Shown here piece by piece: positions 21,252 to 31,017 of a stretch of 64,000 bases of DNA. The notes below the pieces were generated by a model. That model saw nothing but the letters and a program-made list of their open reading frames with translations. It was not told where the DNA came from and ran no database searches. The stretch covers positions 73,904 through 137,903 of the forward strand of contig JBGQGB010000001.1 in the NCBI GenBank assembly GCA_041497195.1, written 5' to 3'. Source of the DNA: Candidatus Doudnabacteria bacterium. Lineage in GTDB: Bacteria; Patescibacteriota; Doudnabacteria; UBA920; 2-01-FULL-46-14. The first letter of the stretch is position 1. Each line of letters starts with the position of its first letter. Position numbers and translations under genes: made by a program.

Positions 21252-22453
21252 TTAGTGAATTTCAGAGTCGAAAGAATGGCGTCCTCTAGGTTACTTATAC
21301 CATCATTATTATAGCCGTATTTGTTGGACAATTCATTATCTTGGGACTGACCGAAAGTGATCTCATAGGCTTTGGATAGGGGCATTATGTAAGCATCAGC
21401 TACCGGTCCGCTCAAATCTCCGTATGCTGGAGGAATTGGCAAATTTCTCAACCTATACATTTCCCCTTGGCCAGTCAGGGGCTCGAGCAGGAAGCTCCCG
21501 GCTGTTTTCAAGATGTCATTGATATCTACATTCTTCGAAAACCACTGGTTTAGAGAAAGCTTTTCAGGATTTGGCACAACGTGAAGGTCAAGCGTGTCGT
21601 AGAAGTCCCCGCCTGGCTCAGATTTATACTCCACTGCAACATGCTTGTCGTTTGAAGAGGTATAATAAAATATAGTTTCAACTACCTTTTGCTCAACTCC
21701 GAGGGCTGGATATTTGAATTCAAATCCATATTCGCTATTTCTATAGGTTTTCCAAGTCGAGGTGTCATTCGAGGGGTTCGGTTCAATAAATTTGAACGTG
21801 GAGAGCACGTTCTCCAAGACTGGGTTGCCTTCCTGCGGGATCGGTAACGTTTCAAAGTATAACAAGGCCACGTTACCGTTTTTTAATCCGACAACTGCTA
21901 CCGCTTCCCCGTCACAGCCTTCACAAAAATCGTTTTTGAATACATACGCTTCGTTTCCTGGGGAAAATAGACTTATGCGTTTGTCAATATTTACTTTTTC
22001 CCTTATGCCATTGAGATTGTTGCTTAGCTGCAATACCGAACCTTTAACAGAAAAATTATTATAGTCCATGAGAACTCCGCCTCTTTCTGCACAATCATTA
22101 TAATCTTTTGACCTGGCGACAAACGCCATTTTTTTATAAGACGCGAAGTATCCAAAAATTGAGAAGCCTTTCAAGGTACAGTTTGGGTCGATGTATCCAC
22201 CAAGGCTAGCAACGGCAGTTTTTTCGAAAGTCACATCACCCCACGACGCCGGGTAATTGAATGAAAATCCATATTCGGCATTGGTGTAGGTCTTCAAATT
22301 TAAGGTTTGTTCGAGCTGGACATGCTTGTCTGGATAAGGAATATATACCCCGTCAAACGGCCAGTTTTGATAGGTATAGGCCCAGGTCAGATAACCGACG
22401 AGAAAAGCTGCTACCAGGGTGATACTGAACCAAACGGAAAAGCGAATCTTCAT
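21248..22453 (-). CDS. Membrane-anchored protein with two PsbP/Mog1-like domains
   Basis: N-terminal TM; two KTYxNxEYGFxFxYP...LSTxKF units. Confidence 0.7.
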   Translation of the reverse strand: MKIRFSVWFSITLVAAFLVGYLTWAYTYQNWPFDGVYIPYPDKHVQLEQTLNLKTYTNAEYGFSFNYPASWGDVTFEKTAVASLGGYIDPNCTLKGFSIFGYFASYKKMAFVARSKDYNDCAERGGVLMDYNNFSVKGSVLQLSNNLNGIREKVNIDKRISLFSPGNEAYVFKNDFCEGCDGEAVAVVGLKNGNVALLYFETLPIPQEGNPVLENVLSTFKFIEPNPSNDTSTWKTYRNSEYGFEFKYPALGVEQKVVETIFYYTSSNDKHVAVEYKSEPGGDFYDTLDLHVVPNPEKLSLNQWFSKNVDINDILKTAGSFLLEPLTGQGEMYRLRNLPIPPAYGDLSGPVADAYIMPLSKAYEITFGQSQDNELSNKYGYNNDGISNLEDAILSTLKFTK

Positions 22454-23085
22454 TTCGTAAATTTGAAAGAATTCAGAATCTGCGTCAGCTTGGACCAGAC
22501 TTTTATTTTGTCCACCTCCGTGACCGAGCCGGCAGTGTAATTCCCTATGTTTCCGGTGTGAATCGTCAGCATGATTTCAAAACACGTGTCGCCGCGCTCC
22601 CCTCGGTATACGCGCGATTCATAGAGATTGCCAGCCCCTGCGTCGCTCACCTTCACAAAAGTAAATGGATTTCCGCTGATTTGCACCTGCTTGGCATCCC
22701 CTGAGGGCGGCACAGTAAATTGGGAGGTGCAATTGAGCGGCGACAGTCTAGCGCTGTTGACCGTGAAAAGAGCCTCCACCAAATTGGTTTTGGGATAGAG
22801 CTCTCGCGGAAAACTGACTTGTGCAAGTTGAGCCACCACAGCGCCGTCAAAAAAAGTTATAGTCGGCTCTTCCAAAACCGAGGCTTCGGGATATTGGAAA
22901 GAAAAACCGTAGCCTTGGTCTGCATAAGTTTTCGTGGTGTCAAAAACGCGCGGCTTGTCCGGATATAGAATCAGTACAGTATCAAACGGCCAGTATTGAT
23001 AAGTATACGCCCAGGCCAGATAGCCGACGATGAACGCGGCTACCAGAATGACGCTGAACCACACGCTAAAACGAATATGCTTCAT
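22450..23085 (-). CDS. Membrane-anchored PsbP/Mog1-like protein, paralog of the neighbour
   Basis: Near-identical N-terminal ~43 aa; KTYADQGYGFSFQYP...ILNSFKF. Confidence 0.7.
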   Translation of the reverse strand: MKHIRFSVWFSVILVAAFIVGYLAWAYTYQYWPFDTVLILYPDKPRVFDTTKTYADQGYGFSFQYPEASVLEEPTITFFDGAVVAQLAQVSFPRELYPKTNLVEALFTVNSARLSPLNCTSQFTVPPSGDAKQVQISGNPFTFVKVSDAGAGNLYESRVYRGERGDTCFEIMLTIHTGNIGNYTAGSVTEVDKIKVWSKLTQILNSFKFTK

Positions 23086-23221
23086 GATCAGGATTTTATC
23101 CTTGCTTAGACAGTTTTCAATTTATAGGTATTTACCAACCAGCCGGTCAATTTTCAATTAATCCAAGACGACCCAATATATTGCCTCCCCAATTCTTTGG
23201 GACTCCAGTCGGGCTTGCAAA

Positions 23222-23437
23222 TTATTTCTTGTGGTAAATCGCCCCGAGCTTCAGCCAGATGGCAATATACAAGAGTCCAGAACCGGCATAGTAAAAATCT
23301 TTGTGGTTAAACCTGCCAAAAGGATGGCCTTGCCAAAGGGCGATCAAAGCCACAACGTACAAAATCACTCCCACAAAGCCCGTTATGATGCTCCACCTCG
23401 TTAAAGTTTTTGGATCCATTTCGTCCATTTCTCTCAC
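23222..23437 (-). CDS. Small two-TM membrane protein
   Basis: Two hydrophobic segments; real start may be 23428 or 23419. Confidence 0.6.
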   Translation of the reverse strand: MREMDEMDPKTLTRWSIITGFVGVILYVVALIALWQGHPFGRFNHKDFYYAGSGLLYIAIWLKLGAIYHKK

Positions 23438-23446
23438 CCCCTTTCA

Positions 23447-24316
23447 CTATTCATGTTCGCTCTTAATTTTCCCGCGCAATGTCCTCAATTCTTTCAAGGC
23501 AATTTTTGCTTGCTCGGCATTGGGCGGCACTCCATGCCAGTGGTAATTCTGCTCCATGAAATCCACACCCTTGCCCGGTACAGTATGCGCCACGATCATC
23601 ACTGGTTTCTCGTAGATGCCGTAGGCTTGGTTGCAAGCCTCTACCACCTGGCGGATGTTGTTCCCGTCGATCTCGATGACGTGCCAGTTGAAAGATTCCA
23701 GTTTGGCCCGTAGCGGCTCCAGCGGCATGATGTCTTCGGTAAACCCATCGATTTGGATATTGTTCCGATCAATGATGCCCGTCAGATTGTCGAGCTTGTT
23801 TTTGCCGGCGAACATCAGCGCTTCCCAGGGCTGCCCTTCGTCCAGCTCCCCGTCCGAAAGGCCGCAAAAAATCTGGTATTTTTTCCCGTCCATCTTCGCC
23901 GCCAGGGCCATGCCGATCGCCTGTGACAGCCCCTGCCCCAAAGGTCCGCCCGAATTCTCCACCCCCGGAGTGCTCAAGTTGTGCGGATGCCCTTGCATGC
24001 GACTGTTGATTTTCCGCAGAGTCGTGACAAATTCCTTGCGGGGAAAAAAGCCCCTATGCGCCAGGGTAGCGTACCAGACCGGGTTGATATGCCCGTTGGA
24101 GAGACAAAACCGATCCCGGTCCGGCCACCGCGGCTGCGTCGGACGAACGTTCAAAACATGAAAATACAAAGCGACAAAAACTTCCACCATGCCCAAGGGC
24201 CCGGCCGAGTGGCCGGAACCGGCGTTCAAAAGCGCCTTGATGATATCCTGTCTGATATCATTGGCGGTTTTTTCGAGTTTTTTAACCTTGGTTTCGTGGA
24301 TTTCTTCGCCTATCAT
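23447..24316 (-). CDS. Transketolase, N-terminal subunit
   Basis: DRFCLSNGH, GPLGQG, SDGELDEG TPP-binding motif. Confidence 0.94.
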   Translation of the reverse strand: MIGEEIHETKVKKLEKTANDIRQDIIKALLNAGSGHSAGPLGMVEVFVALYFHVLNVRPTQPRWPDRDRFCLSNGHINPVWYATLAHRGFFPRKEFVTTLRKINSRMQGHPHNLSTPGVENSGGPLGQGLSQAIGMALAAKMDGKKYQIFCGLSDGELDEGQPWEALMFAGKNKLDNLTGIIDRNNIQIDGFTEDIMPLEPLRAKLESFNWHVIEIDGNNIRQVVEACNQAYGIYEKPVMIVAHTVPGKGVDFMEQNYHWHGVPPNAEQAKIALKELRTLRGKIKSEHE

Positions 24317-24328
24317 GCCGCTACGGAA

Positions 24329-24982
24329 TTATGAATTTCGCAGTATTTCTAAAAACTGATAAATAGTCTGCTTCGGATCCGGCGTCTGCCAAATGCCGGA
24401 GCCAACATTGACTTTGTCCGCCCCCTGAGCGACTACCATCTCGACGTTTGCGAGCTTTAGGCCCCCGTCCACTTCAATTATGACATTTTGATGTTTCTCG
24501 CGTAAAGCTTTGACCCGCCCGAGCGTTTCCGGGACAAACACAGCTCCCTGGAAGCCCGGGTGCACGCCCATAATCAGGGTTTCATCGAGTACTGGCATGA
24601 ACGCATCGAAAATTCCCGTATCAGTATTGGGATTGATTGCCAGGCCGCAGCGCATCCCCACGTGCTTCGCATTCAGGAGCGCGGCGCTGACCTCCTGGTC
24701 ATTGTGGAAGCTTTCATAGTGAATAAAAACGGTTTTCACCCCCAACCGCTCCAAGTCATGAAAATATTGCTGCGGCTGCTGCACCATCAAGTGGGCTTCC
24801 AGATTTAGCCTGGTCGAAATCGGGCCGATAGCTTGCGGTACCGCCAGTTCGTTTGGTACAAATTTGCCGTCCGCAAAGTCTATCTGAACATCCTGCAACT
24901 CGGCGATACTCTCCAAAAATCGGATCTTCTCGAGAACCTCATCAGCCTGTTTGGTTAAAATGGAGGGAATGAGTTTTGCCAT
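24329..24982 (-). CDS. rpe: Ribulose-phosphate 3-epimerase
   Basis: DGKFVPN, EAHLMV, MGVHPGFQG, EVDGG. Confidence 0.9.
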   Translation of the reverse strand: MAKLIPSILTKQADEVLEKIRFLESIAELQDVQIDFADGKFVPNELAVPQAIGPISTRLNLEAHLMVQQPQQYFHDLERLGVKTVFIHYESFHNDQEVSAALLNAKHVGMRCGLAINPNTDTGIFDAFMPVLDETLIMGVHPGFQGAVFVPETLGRVKALREKHQNVIIEVDGGLKLANVEMVVAQGADKVNVGSGIWQTPDPKQTIYQFLEILRNS

Positions 24983-24985
24983 TGG

Positions 24986-25432
24986 TTATGCCCTTTTTTC
25001 AATTTCTAAAATCTCTTGCAAGCGCCGTTTGAAACGCGGCTCTGTGCCAAAAGACATATCCAAAAACAACTGCGCAATTTTTTCAACATCCTCGTAAACC
25101 TGGTAATCAGCCCCCAGGCACAAGACATTGGCATTGTCGTCGTTGCGAATTGCTTTGGCCATGGACTCGTCCCAGGCTTGAGCGGCTCTGATCCCTTTGA
25201 TTTTATTGGCCACGATGCACACGCCCGCCCCGGACCGGCACACCAAAATCCCACGGTTATTGGGGTCCTCAGCGGCCTTGACCCCCACCTTTTCGCCTAT
25301 CAGCGGATAATCGTCGTTTGCGTCTTCCGCGTGCGCCCCCAGGTCAGTAACCTGGTAACCACGGCTCGTCAGATAATCCTTGAGTCTGTTTTTATATTTG
25401 TACCCGCCGTGATCCGCCCCTAGATATATCAT
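24986..25432 (-). CDS. rpiB: Ribose-5-phosphate isomerase B
   Basis: GADHGG, DDYP, CRSGAG, ANKIKGIRAA. Confidence 0.93.
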   Translation of the reverse strand: MIYLGADHGGYKYKNRLKDYLTSRGYQVTDLGAHAEDANDDYPLIGEKVGVKAAEDPNNRGILVCRSGAGVCIVANKIKGIRAAQAWDESMAKAIRNDDNANVLCLGADYQVYEDVEKIAQLFLDMSFGTEPRFKRRLQEILEIEKRA

Positions 25433-25450
25433 AAATTTAAAAATTAATTA

Positions 25451-26191
25451 TTACAAAGAGAAGCTTTTGACGATCTGCAAAAAATCCGCAGCCCGCAGCG
25501 AGGCCCCGCCGACCAACCCTCCCTGAATTGCTTTTTTCGCGGCAAAAGCGGGAGCATTGCGCCCATCCAGGCTGCCGCCGTAAATGACCTTGGCCTTGGG
25601 TAACAGCGAATGAATACGCCCAATCACCTCGGACGCATGCTCCGGTGTGACGGCTTTGCCATTCCCCAGGCCCTTGCTGATGGCCCATACCGGCTCGTAA
25701 GCTATGACCACTTTGGCTTTTTTCAGAGCCAGCCCTGACAAACCCGCGCGTAACTGGCGCTCCACCACTGATTTGATCGCAGTCAGGCTCGAGGTTTTCT
25801 TGGTGCCCCAGCCCACGCACAAAATCGGCTGAAGTTTGTTTTGCAGCGCCACTTTGACTTTGCGATTGATGAGCTCATCATCCTCCCCCAAAGCACGCCT
25901 CTCGGAATGGCCGATGATAGCATGGGTAACCCGGAATTCCCGCACTTGGACGGCGGAGATCTCACCCGTGAACGGCCCGGCCGCTTCGGCGGAAATGGTT
26001 TGCACGCCCAGACGCAAAAAGTAAGTATGGTGCTGCAGCACTGGTAAAAAAACAAAAGGCGGACAAATTACTGTTTCTACTTTGCCGCGGTCAATCCCGA
26101 CTGTCCCCAGCTCCACCTGGCTGGCCAAAGTACGGGCGTCTTCGACGGTTTGGGGATTGAGTTTCCAATTTGCGACTACCAGATTTGCCAT
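25451..26191 (-). CDS. tpiA: Triosephosphate isomerase
   Basis: ANWKLN, GHSERR, AYEPVWAI, YGGS, LVGGASL. Confidence 0.96.
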   Translation of the reverse strand: MANLVVANWKLNPQTVEDARTLASQVELGTVGIDRGKVETVICPPFVFLPVLQHHTYFLRLGVQTISAEAAGPFTGEISAVQVREFRVTHAIIGHSERRALGEDDELINRKVKVALQNKLQPILCVGWGTKKTSSLTAIKSVVERQLRAGLSGLALKKAKVVIAYEPVWAISKGLGNGKAVTPEHASEVIGRIHSLLPKAKVIYGGSLDGRNAPAFAAKKAIQGGLVGGASLRAADFLQIVKSFSL

Positions 26192-26204
26192 AAACAACTG
26201 AAAG

Positions 26205-27200
26205 CTAATGGAAAAATTTCGCCGCTTTTTCGGGCGCCATCACATTTACATAAACTTCGGTGCCGAGTTCAAAACCGGCCCAGACATTGACCCGGGGAAG
26301 AATGACGATATGCCAATGATAACTTTTGCTGTCATCATGGGTTTTCGACTCAGACACGCCGGCGTCAGGAATAGTATGAATGTAAAAATTGTAGGCGGGG
26401 TTGCGCATCCGTTCATGCAAGCGCAGAAAAACGTCCTTCATAGTCTGGGCCAAAGCCTGTCTCTCGGAAATGGTAATGTCCTGGAAGGATGGCCGATGTT
26501 TTTTGGGCAATATGTGCATTTCAAAAGGCATCTTTGACGCATAGGGTGCTACGACAAGAAAATCGGGGTTGTCCAGGACCACCCGCTCCAGGAAACGCTG
26601 CTCGTACAAAATAGTCTCGCAGTAGACGCAGGAGCCGTTGATCGAAAAAAAGTTTCGGGTCCCACGCAATTCATCGGCTATTCGCTCGGGCAAAAACGGA
26701 ATTGCAAAAATCTGAGAATGCGGATGCAAAATGGAAGCACCCGCCTGCACCCCGTGATTCTGGATGATGTGAATATAACGAACCTCATCGTGCTGTTTGA
26801 GTTCGGCGATCCGATCAATATAAACTTTCAGGGTCAGATCAACGAGGTCGGTATCCTGCAAAGCCAAGGGTTTGTTGTGCCACCTCGTGATGACCACTTC
26901 GTGATCCCCAATCCCGGGTCGGCTGACATAGAAATCCTCCTGCCGTTTGCCCAGCACGTGACCGACGGCTTCGTATTTATTCGGGATCACGCGAATGAGC
27001 CACGGTCCCTTGCTAGGATACAGGGTGATTTCCCCCACGGCCTGATGCTCGTTGCCGGGGCAAAAAGCGCAGTTTGCTGCAACCTCCGGCAGATTCGGCG
27101 GGGTGGCTGGCAGCTCCTGAAAATCCGAAGGGCGTTTGGCCCGGGATTCCGCGATCAAAACCCAATTTTTATTGACGATATCTTGGCGAAATTCAGACAT
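26205..27200 (-). CDS. galT: Galactose-1-phosphate uridylyltransferase (HIT superfamily)
   Basis: CAFCPGNE, GASILHPHSQ, YHWHI, AGFELGT. Confidence 0.9.
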   Translation of the reverse strand: MSEFRQDIVNKNWVLIAESRAKRPSDFQELPATPPNLPEVAANCAFCPGNEHQAVGEITLYPSKGPWLIRVIPNKYEAVGHVLGKRQEDFYVSRPGIGDHEVVITRWHNKPLALQDTDLVDLTLKVYIDRIAELKQHDEVRYIHIIQNHGVQAGASILHPHSQIFAIPFLPERIADELRGTRNFFSINGSCVYCETILYEQRFLERVVLDNPDFLVVAPYASKMPFEMHILPKKHRPSFQDITISERQALAQTMKDVFLRLHERMRNPAYNFYIHTIPDAGVSESKTHDDSKSYHWHIVILPRVNVWAGFELGTEVYVNVMAPEKAAKFFH

Positions 27201-27207
27201 GTTTCTT

Positions 27208-27717
27208 TTAAAATTTCACGCTGCTTAAGATTCGTTCAAATTTCCGCGCTTGTCCAGCAATATAATAAAGCTTGCTGCCGACCGGCACCAGCACGATATT
27301 GCTGGTAGCTGGATCGTTTGGATTCTTGCCTATGAGCCACGCGCCAGAATAACCGTCTACGACCACTGGTTTTTCCGATGATATCAAAAGTGAACTCCTG
27401 ATGATTTTCTCAAACTTCGGATCAAGGACAAAAATAGAAATATTCTCGGAGTTATTGTTCGGATTTTGCAAAGACACGGTCTGGGCAATTTCCGGATCTG
27501 TTTCGATTTGCCACGACCCCGGATAAACTACGGACACGCCCAAAGTTTTCGAATGATAAGTCTTCCAGAGCACGGAGCCCGGCGCCGTCATGGCGGAGGC
27601 TTGTTCGTCCAAATCATTGACTGTTTTGGAAATGGAAAAAAGCAAAAAAAGACCAATCGCCAAAATAATGGAAATGGTCCAGAAAAACCAACGGTTGGGA
27701 TGAATGACGCGAAGCAT
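27208..27717 (-). CDS. Membrane-anchored PsbP/Mog1-like protein
   Basis: TM then WKTYHSKTLGVSVVYPGSW...ILSSVKF. Confidence 0.65.
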   Translation of the reverse strand: MLRVIHPNRWFFWTISIILAIGLFLLFSISKTVNDLDEQASAMTAPGSVLWKTYHSKTLGVSVVYPGSWQIETDPEIAQTVSLQNPNNNSENISIFVLDPKFEKIIRSSLLISSEKPVVVDGYSGAWLIGKNPNDPATSNIVLVPVGSKLYYIAGQARKFERILSSVKF

Positions 27718-27740
27718 AAATTTTTGTCTTACGAAGATTT

Positions 27741-28154
27741 TTATTTTCTCAAGGACCGCAAAAAGGTTTCTAGGATAACCAAGGCGCTCATGCTATCGAT
27801 CTCTGACCTCCGGGCTTTTCCTCCGCCCTCGCGGAGTTTCCGTTCGGCTTCCTGGGTGGTCAATCGTTCGTCCCAATACTTCACCGGCATCTGCGGAAAT
27901 CGTTTCTCCAAGCGAGCACCGAAGCGCTGCACTGCCTCAGTCTGCGCCGTAGTCGTTCCTTTCATTGCCAGCGGCAAACCCAAGATAATCTGCTCGACTT
28001 CTTCCTGAGCAATGAGGTCAGTGAGGGCTCGCAGAACCTGCTTTTCGCTCCGGACTTCGAGGGCGGGCAGGATCCTCACTATGGTTTTTGTTTCATCCGA
28101 GAGCGCCAGCCCGATGCGCCTGCTGCCAAAATCAACAGCTAAAAATCTGGACAT
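27741..28154 (-). CDS. yqgF: YqgF/RuvX family nuclease
   Basis: AVDFGSRRIGLA, GLPL, WDERLTT, DSMSALVIL. Confidence 0.92.
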   Translation of the reverse strand: MSRFLAVDFGSRRIGLALSDETKTIVRILPALEVRSEKQVLRALTDLIAQEEVEQIILGLPLAMKGTTTAQTEAVQRFGARLEKRFPQMPVKYWDERLTTQEAERKLREGGGKARRSEIDSMSALVILETFLRSLRK

Positions 28155-28157
28155 TTA

Positions 28158-29468
28158 TCATTGTGCTTCCCCGAGCGTTACTGATACTGTTTTTTCTTTG
28201 TTTTTGCTCAAAACTTTCAGCGTCACCCGATCACCGGGATTATGATTGCGCAGCAAGTCTGACAAAACGTTGTCCTGGGTGATTTTGGTGCCATCCAATT
28301 CGAGGATGATGTCATTCTCCAGCAATCCAGCTTTATCCGCCGGGCTGCCAGGTACGACCGCTGTATCCTGAGGATTGTCCCCGCGAACGATCCAGGCGCC
28401 GTAGTTGACTGTCAATTTGTTGGCTGAAGCGACGTCATCCGTGACGATCGTGTACCGGACCCCGAGGAAAGCCCGCCTGACCTTGCCGTACTGCTTAACG
28501 TCGCTGATGACTGTTTTTACCTGGTCAATTGGTATGGCAAAACCGATGAGCTGAGCCGACTGGTTGACCGCGGTATTGACGCCGATGACCTCGCCGGACA
28601 GATTCAAGAGCGGCCCGCCGGAATTGCCCGGGTTGATGGCCGCATCAGTCTGAATGACTTCGGAGAGCGTCTCCGGCTGATTGCCGCCTTTGGCGGTGAC
28701 AGTCCGGCCGATACCGGACACCACGCCGGTCGTGACCGTATTTTGAAACTGACCCAAAGCGTTGCCGATGGCGATAACCCGCTGGCCGAGCTTTAAATTT
28801 GTGGAATCCCCGAGGATGACAGTGGGCAAACCGGTCGCGTCGATTTTCAAAACTGCCAGGTCATTGAAAGGATCGGTGGCCACGATTTTGGCCTGGTATT
28901 TTTTGCCGTCCTTGGTAACTGCCGTATAGTCGGCGGTGGCATCCTCGACCACATGCTTGTTGGTCACAATCATGCCGTCAGAGGAGACGAAAAAACCGGA
29001 ACCGGCGCCGATGTTTTGTTTCTGCGTCTGACCGCTCGGCGAAGGCACCTGCAAATAAAATCCGCCGAACGGAGAACCGATTTGCTCGTATTTCGGCAAA
29101 TCTTTGCTGATGACTATGGACACGACCGCAGGATTGACTTTGTCCACGGCAGTAATCACGGCTGATTCTTCATCCAAAACAATCTGCTTGTTCGAAACAG
29201 TGCCGACCTGCTGGCCGGGAACTAGACGCAAAACATTTTGCTGATACCAGGGTGCCACGTACACTGCCCCGACCACTCCCCCGACCAGACCCAAAAACAA
29301 ACCAAACACCGCGCTGGTGGTGAGCATTTGCGAAGACAGGGTTTGCTGCTGCCTGTGCTCTGCTAGGTCTGAGGTAATTGCCGGTTTCAGAGGCGATTCT
29401 TGCTCGATTCTATCGGACTTCTGCTCCTCAATATCATCAAGCATTTGATTTTTCTTTCGAGTAGCCAT
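28158..29468 (-). CDS. htrA: HtrA/DegP serine protease with PDZ domain
   Basis: TNKHVV, DLAV, TDAAINPGNSGGPL; start at MATRKK. Confidence 0.93.
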   Translation of the reverse strand: MATRKKNQMLDDIEEQKSDRIEQESPLKPAITSDLAEHRQQQTLSSQMLTTSAVFGLFLGLVGGVVGAVYVAPWYQQNVLRLVPGQQVGTVSNKQIVLDEESAVITAVDKVNPAVVSIVISKDLPKYEQIGSPFGGFYLQVPSPSGQTQKQNIGAGSGFFVSSDGMIVTNKHVVEDATADYTAVTKDGKKYQAKIVATDPFNDLAVLKIDATGLPTVILGDSTNLKLGQRVIAIGNALGQFQNTVTTGVVSGIGRTVTAKGGNQPETLSEVIQTDAAINPGNSGGPLLNLSGEVIGVNTAVNQSAQLIGFAIPIDQVKTVISDVKQYGKVRRAFLGVRYTIVTDDVASANKLTVNYGAWIVRGDNPQDTAVVPGSPADKAGLLENDIILELDGTKITQDNVLSDLLRNHNPGDRVTLKVLSKNKEKTVSVTLGEAQ

Positions 29469-29525
29469 AAACCAATTTGACTGCAAAACTTACTCAACAT
29501 TATAACAAAATAATGCTAAAAAATC

Positions 29526-29562
29526 AAAAAACGCCCCGGTGCCTAAACAAAGGACGTTTTTT
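29526..29562. terminator. Probable intrinsic terminator
   Basis: aaaaaacgcc...ggacgtttttt inverted repeat. Confidence 0.55.
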
Positions 29563-29569
29563 GAGAAAT

Positions 29570-29908
29570 CTAACGCTTGGTAGTACTCAGTTGTTTCTTG
29601 ATAGCGACCCAGTGGCCTTTCAATTCTCGCAATGCCTGGCGAAACTCCCGACTGTCGACATGTTTGAGGGCCTCCAAGTGGGCGTCAAAATCTCCGGCCA
29701 ATTTAGCGTACGTCTTGGCTTGCGCGGCCTGCAACCTATGAGCCGTTTTTTTGATCTGCAGACCGACTTTTTTGGCGCCGCTACTGATTTTGGCGCGATT
29801 TTTCTCGCCGCGTTTACCGGTCAAATAATACGCCCCGGCCACGGCTGCTGCCGCGGCAGCAGCTATCCCTAATTTGAGGCCAGACTTCGATTTTTTTTGC
29901 TTGGCCAT
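29570..29908 (-). CDS. YtxH-like basic membrane-anchored protein
   Basis: Ala-rich TM then YYLTGKRGEKNR. Confidence 0.6.
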   Translation of the reverse strand: MAKQKKSKSGLKLGIAAAAAAAVAGAYYLTGKRGEKNRAKISSGAKKVGLQIKKTAHRLQAAQAKTYAKLAGDFDAHLEALKHVDSREFRQALRELKGHWVAIKKQLSTTKR

Positions 29909-29927
29909 ATGTTCGTTTGGGTTAAGG

Positions 29928-30197
29928 TTACTTGGACTTGGAATCGCGGGAAAAAATCTTCTTGCCGAATTTCACCAGCGGCTTCAGCTTGACGCCCTCT
30001 TTGCGGATCTCGTCTCTCAAATCGTCCATGTCCTGAGCGATGGCCTCGGTCTCGTCTTTGACTTTGCGTGAAATGCCTTTGAGGTCTTTGAGGATAGCGG
30101 CGACATAAGCCAAAATAATCGCAAACAACACGGAAATGACAATGACCGCGATCGTGGTGACAAAAAAGAAAATGTCCGCGTGGATGAGTTCGTTCAC
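29928..30197 (-). CDS. Small TM plus coiled-coil protein (DUF948-like)
   Basis: ADIFFFVTT, TM, coiled coil; paired with the YtxH-like gene. Confidence 0.65.
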   Translation of the reverse strand: MNELIHADIFFFVTTIAVIVISVLFAIILAYVAAILKDLKGISRKVKDETEAIAQDMDDLRDEIRKEGVKLKPLVKFGKKIFSRDSKSK

Positions 30198-30231
30198 ACA
30201 TTTATTCTAGCATACTTTCGCCCCCAAAGCC

Positions 30232-30909
30232 TTACTCCCGTGGCCCGCCATGATGGACGTGGCCGGGAAGATAATGATCCAGGCGCGAAGGCAAAATGTA
30301 ATAGATTGGCACCAGCGCGTAGATGACGAGGCTGATGTAGGGGTGCCACAAGCTCGCGAGGATTGCCATGACGTAAAGCGCGGGGGCCAAAAGCATCTGG
30401 AACCGGGCCAGACGCTGCAGGTCAGCGGGCAGGATTTCACCACCCATCACCAGCTTGTGCCGCAGAGCGTATTCCCAATTGGCATACAAAGCTATTCCGG
30501 CGATGATAAGATTGAGCCCATAAATGCCGATAGCGAGTTTGAGATGCGAGTAATGCCCCAGCAACGCGGCGGAAAAAGGAATAAAGCTGATGAATAAATA
30601 AAAGAAAATATTGATCCATAACGACGGCCGGTTGGAGCGGACAATGTAATGAAACTGGAGCCGATGGCCGGTCCAAAAAATCCCCAGAATCACGAAACTC
30701 AAAAAGAAGCTCACGAAATTGGGCCACAGTCCTTGCAAAGCGGACCACAGCGCCCGGCTGTTCACGGCACCCGTGAGCTGGGGCACGACCAGGTTCAAAA
30801 CCAGTAAAGTCATGACAATCGCAAAAATCCCATCCCCTAAAGTCTCGATCCGGTTGGTATCGAGATCGCGCTGAGAATTGTACTCAAAGTTTGGGTTTTG
30901 TTCAGGCAT
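30232..30909 (-). CDS. TMEM175-family potassium channel
   Basis: RIETLGDGIFAIVMTLLVL signature; six TM. Confidence 0.88.
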   Translation of the reverse strand: MPEQNPNFEYNSQRDLDTNRIETLGDGIFAIVMTLLVLNLVVPQLTGAVNSRALWSALQGLWPNFVSFFLSFVILGIFWTGHRLQFHYIVRSNRPSLWINIFFYLFISFIPFSAALLGHYSHLKLAIGIYGLNLIIAGIALYANWEYALRHKLVMGGEILPADLQRLARFQMLLAPALYVMAILASLWHPYISLVIYALVPIYYILPSRLDHYLPGHVHHGGPRE

Positions 30910-30958
30910 AAACGCTCGATAAGTGCCCTAAAATCAAACCTGCTGTCCTCACTATACC

Positions 30959-30985
30959 AAAAAATCGGCGGCAAGCCGATTTTTT
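30959..30985. terminator. Intrinsic terminator
   Basis: aaaaaatcggc-ggcaa-gccgatttttt. Confidence 0.7.
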
Positions 30986-31017
30986 GAAAGTAAACCCGAG
31001 AATAACTAAGCAATAAT

